Origin: Saprolegnia diclina VS20
Lineage: Eukaryota
Assembly (NCBI RefSeq): GCF_000281045.1
Contig: NW_008246073.1
Location: forward strand, 294,791-343,003
DNA length: 48,213 nt
Direction of reading: 5' to 3'
Part shown: positions 1 through 9,657 of the stretch, piece by piece
Numbering within the stretch: the first letter of the stretch is position 1
Layout of the letters: each line of letters opens with the position of its first letter
Made by a program: the position numbers and the translations under genes
The notes under the pieces: model-generated
What the model was told of the DNA's origin: nothing
The model's database searches: none
Seen by the model: only the letters and a program-made list of their open reading frames with translations

Positions 1-3000
1 TGCGGGTTTAGCTGGCTGCTACCGACCCCCATCGTGCTTCTCTGGGGCGTCTGGCTCGTGGGGGGCGGCCAGCGTCTGGTTTACTATCAATACGCCGCGC
101 GGGGCCTCCGATTTAGCGCGGCGGCAGTCCACGATCCGTTGGCCCAAGGTCTGTACGTCCATGGGTCGCCTCGATTTTATGTCAAGTGCGAGTAGGCAAG
201 GCGATCGCGCTGGCCCAGCGCAAGTCGTCGACAACGTCGCGTCGGCGGCTGCAGCGGTACATGAAGCTCGGCGCCATGTGGGCCGAGTGGCCGTCGCTCT
301 CGTACACACCGCTCACGATCGCCTTCAAGGTCGCGGGGAGTCCGCCCTGGCTCAACCCGCTCTACTTTTCACTCAACTTTCCATTCGAAGTACGACTTTG
401 TCGCGACCCGTGATGCGATCGCTTCGCTTTAGATGGAAAACATTGCGCTTGTGCTCTTGTGTGCCTCCAGCATCACAGCGCTTCGACTCACTAAGCGCTG
501 TGCAACGCCTCGTACCACTTCTTCGTCTTCACCGACAGCGATGGCCGCCCGCGTCGACGTCTGGCTCAAAAAATACTTGTATCCAATCACATACGACGTG
601 CTGTACATTCCGCTCATGTCGACGCTCGTGCGCTTGGCCACGTGTTCCGATGAGTTGACAACGATGGCGCTTCCGGACGGCACCACGTGTGCATGTATTG
701 ACCGCTTTGGCTACTTTTGGGTAGGTCCCCCAACCAGATCTCTCCAGATTTGTGTCATACTTGTAGACGGTCGGATTTGTGGGCTTTCTGCTTCTCTACG
801 TTGCGGCGCTCCACTACAAATTGTACACGGAGCCACTGGCAACCACCATGGACTTCCGCTTCCAGACCAGTTTCCAGATCATCATGGTCATGGCCCGCAC
901 ACGTACACTAACTAACCCTTCCCTATGTATTTCCTGGCCACTATTGTCCTATTGTGGTCTAGTCAACCCGATTGTATCCATGCTCGTCAGTCAACTCGAT
1001 ATTGAACATCACCCGGCGATCGGCAGCGGCATCGCCCTCGGCTTTCTACTCTGCATGACGCTGCTCTTTTGCTACAACTACAAGGTTCAGCCGGTATGAG
1101 TCTTTCAGCTTTGTGTCGATTCGACTGGAAAACGTTGTCATCTAGTGCATTGGCAGCGGTCGCCTGCCCAACAACATTCGCGCACTCACGTTCAGCAGCG
1201 CCATGTACGCGTCACTGTGCGTCCTCGCCTTTGTCGGTGCGTCGGCACCCATTCGTCATCTCTACTACGCGCTGACGCCACTGCCGCTGCTTTGGCTGGG
1301 CGTCTGGCGTCTCAACAATCGACGAGCATTGCAATTCCACATCCCCGACAAGAGCATCCTCGGGCTCTTGAGCGACGCGTCGTCGTCCGCATCGCGGGCT
1401 GTTGGCACAATCGCGGCACTCTACATGGACCCGTCCAAACTCCATGCGACGCAGTTGGCCGCGGTCGTGGACTCTATCGAGAAGATTGCCCAGGGCAAGG
1501 AGCTTCGTACACGCGTGCATGCACTGCGCATTCTGTGGTTTCTGCACCTCAAGGTACATTTTTGCTTGATGAAGACATGACAAATTACACCATACCCGAG
1601 TAGAGCTTTTGCAAGCAGCGCAGTGTCGTCGGTGAGCTGCGACAGGACATGATAGTACCGCCGGAGCTCTTTCTCAAAGACAAGGACAACAAAGACCGAA
1701 GTTCGCTGCCGCGTCGCGCCGGTACAAGCGTCGACAAGGCCATCAAGTTGCGTCGACATCACACCCAGCGCGGTACCTCTTCAATGAGAGGAACAAGAAG
1801 AGTCAATACCTTGGGTTGTAGACGCAGCACAAAGGACGTCTTCGTCCGTGACCGACCTCCACAGCAGCCGGTCGTCGCGACTCTGGAGCAACACGCTCTC
1901 GCTAGCCCGCTTAGTTGCGCCCAGCATGCTAGGCCGAGGTGGGTCGACGGCCGAGGTTGTCGGGGCCGAGTATGATGTGGCGCGTTTTGGTGGCAAACAG
2001 TGGATATCGCGGTCCGAGTCGGGGGCCGAGGCCGTCGCACACTGGACGGACGTCTTTGACATGGCCCTCAACATTCTCACGTCCGCCTGTGTTGCCCGGG
2101 ACCGGTCGGACATGCACGAAATTGCATTGTTTCTGTTGCAATGGTACCAGACCCGGTACCTTCGACTTTCGAAACCGGTGTTTCTCCAAGTGCTCTCGGC
2201 GCTCTGTGCGTCGACGCATCTCAAGACAGCGGCCGATGCAACCCATTCACTGTTCGATGCAACGATGGCGGGACATCTCCCCCTTGGTCTCTGGCTCCGC
2301 AACGCGAGCTACCTGCAAGCTTTTAGCGTCGCACTCGATCATTCGAGTGAAGTGACCGTCCACAAGTGCGCAATGATCCTCACCCTTGTCGTGCAAGCCG
2401 CGGACGCGCAGACAAACCCGTTTGTGCTGGTGACCCCCGAGACCATTGACCGCATTCAACGTGGCCTTACGCGCTGGCACGCGGTGTATCGCATTTCATC
2501 GCTGCTGGAGGTTCTCTGTCTGCGCCTGGTGACGCTCGAGGTACACCACGAACGCAGCGACTTGGTTCGACGAAATTGGAAGCGCCAAGCAAGCGGCGTG
2601 GCCACGTGGCTCCAGCAGCTCACGCGGCGTCGCGTTCACGGTCACTCGGACGGCTCCGACCGGTCGGTGCTGCCGTCGCAGCGTCGTTCGGTGAGCCGTC
2701 ACCACAGTATTGCGCGTGGGAAAAGCGACATCCATGCAATCCGGCTCGCCCGTTCGCCGACACTCTCACGCCGCACGAGCGCGGGGTCTGTGGCCCCCGA
2801 CACGTCGTTCACAACCGCTCGGGCGTCTACACCGTCGTGCACGATCACGACGTCGTCCGATACGTCAAGCAAGCACAGCGTCTTGGCGCTATCCGCCAGT
2901 GCAATCCCGTTGGGCCTCGCGACGGAGAGGCTACCGCGTCACTCAAACCCAGGGTCAGCGGTCGGTATAACGCACGAAAAGCACGCTACACGCCGCCATG

Positions 3001-3551
3001 TGCCGTTGCTGGGACCTACCGTCGGTGCCCTTGCGGCTGCGGGGCCATCCGTGGCGTCGTTGCAAGCGGCAGTCCGTGACGATGCGGCGGCGGCGTCAAC
3101 CCACACACCGTCGCCGCCAACCCACACACTGTCGATGTCATCGGTGGAACCGCCGCGTCCAAACGACTTGCGCGTCGATTATTTGCTAGACAACATGGCG
3201 CTCCGTTCCGTGTCGAAGCACGGCCGATGGTCGGGGTCGGACAAGTTTACGTTTGTGCCGCCGGCCATTCTCGCCGAAGTCGAACGCCGTCGGTCCACGC
3301 GGCGTCAGTTTCTCAGTCTTTTGCACCAAGCCGTTGGGTGCCAAGTGAACCAGCGCCCGCATGACTTTTGTGTCGCAATCTCCAACCTCGCGCTCCTCTA
3401 CACGACGGCAGATGCGTGCGCTTTGGGTGACTTTCTCGAGACAGAGCTCTCGCCAGAGCTGCGGGCCTTTTTCCATATGCACGTGACACCCGTCTTGGCG
3501 CTCGCGACAGCGGCAACGAGCCGACGACGCCGATGGCCGTGGGGACGGTGA
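1..3551 (+). CDS. 5'-truncated multi-exon multi-pass membrane protein of unknown function with a long Ser/Arg-rich C-terminal region
   Basis: Hydrophobic ORF segments (CGFSWLLPTPIVLLWGVW..., MENIALVLLC..., GFLLLYVAALHYK..., MYASLCVLAFV...) join through short GT-AG introns (e.g. gtacga..ttag before 433; gtacat..gagtag ending at 1603) into the 1848-3551 ORF. Not every exon boundary was verified. Confidence 0.7.
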
Positions 3552-3883
3552 GTCGCATAAGTGCAAACAAACAAAAAACCTTCGCTCGCCACAGGGATTA
3601 GCGATCCACGTTGATATAGCTGACGGTTCAGACACTATTGTTGGCAGAAGAGTACAATGGAAGCAAAGCTGTGGGCTGGTCCAACGAGACGGTTGCGAGA
3701 CGATGGGTTCCATTCCTTTAAACTGTGGCGGCAACCGAGCTGGAGACAGGCAAGACCTGAACGTATGCCGGTAGAGCCAAACGCGCTTTATAGCAGCCCA
3801 CCGAATGACCTTTACGACTCCCAGCCACATTGTATCAACGTGGGTCGGGGTCTTCGGCTTGGCTTCGGCTCTACTACTAGAAG

Positions 3884-3963
3884 ACCAGACGCCGGCCGCC
3901 CCCCACGAGCCAGACGCCCCAGAGAAGCACGATGGGGGTCGGTAGCAGCCAGCTAAACCCGCA
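3884..3963 (-). repeat. Inverted copy of window positions 1-80 (79/80 identical)
   Basis: The reverse complement of 3884-3963 reads tgcgggtttagctggctgct...gggggcggccggcgtctggt. It matches 1-80 except at position 71 (a vs g). Confidence 0.95.
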
Positions 3964-4376
3964 GGTGGACCAGTCTGCTTTCGAGCATGTCGTGTTGGGC
4001 GATGCGTAGCACGTGGCCATGCTGTCGACGGCGGGCTTTTTTTTCAAAAACGCAACGTTTCGTGCTATTCTGATATTACTCGAGAAACAAGATTTACAGA
4101 TTCTCAACTGTTCTGTGGGTATATGCATCAACCCAATGGGGCTGTGTTAACGATTTGAGAAAGCACGAACCAAGACGTAGACATCAATGAAGAGTTTTTC
4201 GGCAGTGTATGCCACACGTGTGGACTGTTGAATGCGTAAAAGCTGCCTACAGTGCCCCCGATAATGGGGGAATTACGCAGGGAGCGGCACAACGTCGTGT
4301 GTAGTGCTGAACGCAGAGTACAGGGCTTTCCACAGCAACGGTGACGTTGTTACTTCACTGATGAAATGGGCAAAAT

Positions 4377-4458
4377 TGTCAGCGGCGGGATTTGAACCCG
4401 CGAGTGCGAACACACTAGAACTTGAGTCTAGCACCTTGGACCGCTCGGTCACACTGAC
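4377..4458 (-). tRNA. tRNA-Leu(CAA), intronless, long variable arm
   Basis: Minus strand: GTCAGTG..CGCTGAC acceptor stem plus A discriminator, D-arm ACCGAGCGGTCCAAGGT, anticodon arm CTAGA-CTCAAGT-TCTAG, T-arm GCGGG-TTCAAAT-CCCGC, then ATTTT (Pol III terminator-like). Confidence 0.95.
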
Positions 4459-4825
4459 CCCTTACGACATTGAGTGGAAAACGTTAAATTAGATGCGAAT
4501 GTAGAGGTTCCAAACACCTTGGAGGCCTTACATCGCCATCCTCGTACTGCTTCTCTACGCCAAACTCATGTGATGACATTCGCATTGGCTGCTGCCCCAG
4601 AATAACCACTCGGAGTCAGCCAACAGAGTGCTATTTGACATTATTCATCCATGACCTATTTCCTATCTGCACCCTATACGAGTACCCCTGTCTCTGATTC
4701 ATCGTCACTTAATATGGGACAGAAGGGTCGTGGTGTGCCACGCGGTACATGTACCATACGACATGTCCACCGGATGTCCAGCTATCGCCTGCAATGTCCC
4801 GGGCCAATTCCCGGACAGCAACACT

Positions 4826-4881
4826 GACGTATCCGGACATCCGGAAACGAGAGACCGACGTATCCGGGCATCCGGAAACGA
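4826..4881 (+). repeat. Two 25-bp direct repeats (gacgtatccggRcatccggaaacga) directly upstream of the kdsB ATG
   Basis: Copies at 4826-4850 and 4857-4881 differ at one position. Confidence 0.9.
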
Positions 4882-4882
4882 C

Positions 4883-5685
4883 ATGAAGCTGCGCGCGGTC
4901 GGCATCATCCCGGCGCGCCTGCGCTCGACGCGCTTCCCTGCCAAGCCGCTCGCGCTCCTCTGCGGAAAGCCGATGATTGCGCACACGTTCGAGGCTGCGT
5001 CACGCGCCGCCAATCTGGACGCGGTCTACGTCGCGACAGACGCCGTCGAGATCGCTTCGCTCTTGCCGTCGGCGGCGATCCTCACGGACGCGGCGTGCGC
5101 CAACGGGACAGAGCGCGTGCTGCAAGCGCTCACTCGCCTACCGCAACCAGCTTCGCTCTGCGATATTGTGGTCAATATCCAAGGTGACGAGCCGGCCATC
5201 GACCCGGCACACATCGACCTCTGCGTCGCCGCGCTCCAGGACGACCCAACGTGCGTCATGAGCACGCTCATGGCGCCTGTCCGCACAGAGGCCGAAGCGC
5301 GGAGCTTCAACGTCGTCAAGGTCGTTGCCAACCACGAGTCGTAGGCGCCTATTACTTTTGTGCATGTGGAGATCTCGCTTGGCGTAGGCACGCCATGTAT
5401 TTTTCACGCGGTCTCATTCCCGCGTCCAAGGATGATGCATTTGATCCGGCGCGGACCATGAAGCACATTGGACTCTACGCCTTCCGAACGTCGTTTTTAG
5501 TCGACGTCTTCCCGACGCTGACGCGCCACGAGCTCGGCGACGTTGAGGACCTGGAGCAACTGCGAGTGCTCGAGGCCGGCCACAAGATCAAGATGGTGGC
5601 AGTACCCAGTGCGCATCCCGGCGTCGACGTACCCGACGACCTTGCGACCCTCGAGGCGATTTTGTCCACAGATAAGTCGTGGTAG
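4883..5685 (+). CDS. kdsB: 3-deoxy-manno-octulosonate cytidylyltransferase (CMP-Kdo synthetase), 2 exons, intron 5341-5387
   Basis: Motifs IIPARxxSTRFPxKPL, VATD, GTER, VNIQGDEP, VKVV, YFSR, HIGLY, LEQLRVLEAG and GVD. A 47-nt GT-AG intron restores the frame. Confidence 0.93.
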
Positions 5686-5925
5686 ACAAACAGCGTTCAA
5701 CTGTAGATATGGCGCCATTCCGAACACGTTGAAATGTGAGTCTGGAAGCGCAACAGAATCCAAGCCGAGCGCAACTAGTCGACGGTAGCGCGGGAATTTT
5801 TCAAAATGGCCCTGCCAGCCATCTACACCTAAATGCACACTGTCTAGTCACTCTGGCGTCCCAGTTGGCGCGAAAGCACTCCCAATAAGTTTGATTTCGT
5901 ACAATAGAGCTTGCCAAAGAGTAGT

Positions 5926-6220
5926 CCTCGCCGCCGCCAAGCCGGTACCGGACCTCGTAGTCGATCTTGAGATGCCATGAAGCATCTTGTACTAGCGGCC
6001 AAGCCACCGCCGTTCAAATACGAGTACTCCAAGCACTGCAGCACCACGCACGTCGGAATTTCCGCCCATGCGACGCCCGTAGATTGAGTGCCAAAATGGC
6101 CAAGCACGATGCATTTGCTGTTGCGAACGCTGTTGCGAACGCTGGTTTGAACCTGCTGCAGCAACAGCAGCGCACGGTAGCTCGGGTATCTGCGAAAAGA
6201 CTTTGGCTGGAGGATGTGAC
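5926..6220 (+). pseudogene. Decayed DNA-level duplicate of 38242-38558 (exon, intron, exon and next intron start of the FAIM-like gene)
   Basis: Colinear blocks: tcttgtactagYggccaagMcaccg, tactccaagca, ccacgcacStcggaattt, gcagcaacagcagcgcacgg. The copy carries deletions, a 1-nt insertion and a 12-bp tandem duplication. Confidence 0.85.
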
Positions 6221-6342
6221 AGTCTTTTACCACACCAAGTGTCTTCGACTTCCGGTCCTCGTACGACAAAGGAGACGGGCAAAGTGCACGGTCAAGAGAC
6301 CACATGGATACTTGGCATCATTGAACTCGTATAAATCGTAGA

Positions 6343-9300
6343 TTATCGAAGTAAACTATCCAGTTTGTTGACGCTGGCTTTCGTCATGGGTCGTGTCGGC
6401 ACGTCGACGCGCCAAATCGCGCGGAGAAGGTCGGGTGCGAACGCCTTGCGGTTCTCCATGAGGAACATCTCGAGGTCCGTTTCCGAGAGCAAAGCGAGCG
6501 CATAGTACCTACACCACACGTGTATCAACTTGATAGTAAGTTGATACGTACCGTTTGGCGCGCTGAAAGTAAAACGCGTCGCGACGCACGCTCGGGTACT
6601 TGTAGAACAAGCTCGTGAGCGACTGCTGGAGCGAGTTGAGGTTGCAGTGCATTTGAGCGACGCCACCGACCGAGAGCTTTGGGATGTTGGACATGAGGTG
6701 CATTAGGATGTGGCACACGAGCGAGTCGAGGCCGTCCAGCACGAGCGCGACCTTGTGCTTGCTCAGATACGGTGCCAAGCAATTTTCTTCGCAGCTCAAG
6801 AGCTTGGACGCGAGGCTTAGGACGCTTTCATTTGGTGCGCACGACGGGACCTCGGGTCCGTCCAAGGGTCCGCTGGCCACTTGGGTCATGTACGAGTAAC
6901 ACGCCAAGTGCAATTCGCGGCGTAGGAAGAAGAGACACTCGTCGGCCAAGCTGCTGCAGCGCCAGCTCGTCGCCTTGAGCGTGGCCACGAGATGCTACTC
7001 GCATGATCAAACCTCGTGCGTTGCAGAATCCAGTCATACAGCGTCGGCGTCGGCGGTACTCTTGCACTCACTGGCCTGCACGTGCTTGTCGAGGACGAGC
7101 GACACGAAATCACAGCAGCTGCTCAAATACGCCAGCATCGAGAGCTTGCTTGGATCCTGCACGAGCGACTTGGTGGTCCCGGGCCGCGTCCAAAAGTCCA
7201 CATCCAAAAACTTAGCCTCGAAATCGAGCTCCTTGGCATGGAGCTCATCTCGCGGCGTGACCTTGACCTCGCTCTACGCACCATCCAGCTGAATACTTCA
7301 GCCAACGACTCGTCGTACGGGTGGCAACGACGTGCTCGTGGCTATTGGCACCGGGAGACTGTAGCTCACGCTGTACCGGTTCGTGAAACCCATCGGGTCT
7401 GCTGCGGACGGCGCTGCCGTGGCCGTGTCCGAGGGCGCAATCTTGGCCAGCGACTGGTACGGCACGCTGCCCTTGGCGGCTGCATACAACGGGGTCTGGT
7501 GCAGCAAACGCCCGAGCTCGCTCGCGCCAATGTTCATTTCGACCTGGTTGAGCGACCCGTCACAGATTTTGCTACCAAAAAGAAATGGGCAACTTGCAGT
7601 GAGCTCCTACAGGCAAGTATACCGGACGAGGCCCGCACAGTCCTCTGCGAACCGCCGGGCTGTGTTGTCGATCACATTGATCAGCTCTTGCGCCACGAGC
7701 GAGAAGGAGGGCAGCATCGCGAAGAGCTCACGCACGACAAGGACCAACGCGTGGACGTTGGGTACAGCATACATGGTATCCTAACCCATGTAATGTCAGC
7801 CGTCACTAGCATCATTTTCGGATGGATTGATAGATAGATAGCTATACCATGGGCATGGGCAAGGTAAACCCCGAGTCGCCGGCGCGCGATGGCGCCGCAA
7901 GCATCGCCTAGCGACAGCAATTTGGCTCGAATGACACAGGACACAAGGTACCGAAGCTTTGGCTTGGAGCTTGGGGAGCCAAATGCGTATAACAAACGGT
8001 CGCCAAAACACTTCGACAAACGAGACGCTACTGCAGAGCGTCGCCACGTGTTTGGAGAAGACGTGCACGTCCGGGAATATACGCGGCACGTGAAAGAGGC
8101 TCGGCGGGCACACGAGCGAGGACGGTGCCACGTCATGGGCGACTTGATTGTCGATCGGTCGCGCCTCAGTAGGAAAGAAACGGAAGAGGCCCACGTTGGT
8201 TGATGCGCCGGCGATCGGCGAGGTGGGGGTCGGCGCCACAGTCTCGGGGTCACTCAAATGCTGCACGAGCCACTCCTGCGCATCATTGCGTCAACACCAC
8301 GATACGTACTGATAGCAATGCACCTCGAGGACGTGGAAGGCTTTGTGCACGATTTCGTCGAGCGGGTACAATGACCGCGACAACGTAGCGGCCAACGCGG
8401 CGTGGTGCCCGAGGCAGGTGGCGACAGCACCCAGCACAGTCTGCGAGCAGACTTGAAAGGTGCTGGCATGCGGCGAGCGGCCAAACCGCTCGTTCGTGTC
8501 GACAGTCGCCAGCGACGCGCGGCAGATCGAGCCGATGCGCTCGATGAGCGCCTGAAGCCGCAGCTCGAGAGAGGTTTTGAGCGAGCCAATGACTTCGGCT
8601 TCACGCGATAGCCTAACGAGTCGACGGTGGGAGCTATTCAAAAAGAGACATTCGCACCGCTGCACGCAGCGCGCGAGGTCGGCCAGCGGCGGTGCCGGCG
8701 TCGACGACGTCAGAGCGCCAAAGGCACCGATCGGCGTCGACGATTTCGCGTATTTGGCCCAGACGGCCTACATTAGTATATATATATGCAAAGCGCCACA
8801 TACATGCAAGGACGAACCTCGAGATACAAGCCAGCCTCGAGGGCTGCGATCAAGTAGTCTTCGATCGTTTGCTTGCATTCCAGGAGGGCATGCCGCATGG
8901 TGGCCACGGCGCTAAAGACGACGAGCTTCTCGCTAAAGACGAGGTCAAAGGCGCGGAGGTAGACGTCGACGGCCTGGCCTGCGAGGCCCGCGTCCAGCGC
9001 GGCTTGAATTTTGACCGGCGCCAGCTCAATGTACTCGATGTCGTTGATGAGATCGATGACCTACACCGCGTCATGTAGCCGTGCGCGATACTAGTCATGG
9101 TCTGCGGCACCTTTTTGGCCTCGTACTTTTGTGAGAGGAGGTCGTGGAGGTTCTTGGTCTTTGCCGTCAAGATGGCCTTGCCCTCCATGCTTCGCTTCTC
9201 GACCTCGAGCAGTCCCGCACGCGCATCTAAGAGTCCGCATACTACCCGACATCACGTAGCAGCAAGCCGTACCTTGCAGCTGGTGCGCAATCCCGGCAAA

Positions 9301-9507
9301 CTTGCCGAGGCTGGCATTAAAGTTGGTGTAGTTGGCGTCCACGACGCTGGCAATCTCCATGTCGGCGAGCTCGCGGTAGTGCGACACCGTGCGGAGCTGC
9401 TCGGCGCGGGCGTCGTCCGTCGCCGAGACGATATAGCGCAGCATGTACTTGGTCGCGCTAAACTTCTTCTCAAAGAAGACGCGGTCGATGGCCTCGGACG
9501 CCTTCAT
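6343..9507 (-). CDS. SEC8: Exocyst complex component Sec8/EXOC4, multi-exon
   Basis: The N-terminus (IASVVDANYTNFNASLGKF...LTAKTKNLHDL) and C-terminus (GLDSLVCHILM...GVAQMHCNLNSLQQSLTSL...FQRAKRYY) match Sec8 signatures. ATG at 9507, TAA at 6343-6345. Internal exon boundaries are approximate. Confidence 0.85.
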
Positions 9508-9657
9508 GGTCGTAATTGCCTGTTCAAGATCGCAACAAGTCACACTACCCGTCGTTCTGTAAATTAGTGTACGAACATTGGCGTGTCGCACGAATACACT
9601 ATTTCGGATTGTCGCCGTCCGCCGAAGACCAGCCCCAGACGTCCGACGACGACGAGA

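Noticed and set aside
4304..4492. 62-aa ORF
   Set aside because: It overlaps the tRNA-Leu gene on the opposite strand and is spurious.
4730..4882. In-frame N-terminal extension of KdsB
   Set aside because: It runs through the promoter repeats and does not resemble a targeting peptide; homology starts at ATG 4883.
4883..5685. kdsB as bacterial contamination
   Set aside because: It contains a spliceosomal intron and sits among eukaryotic genes with matching composition.
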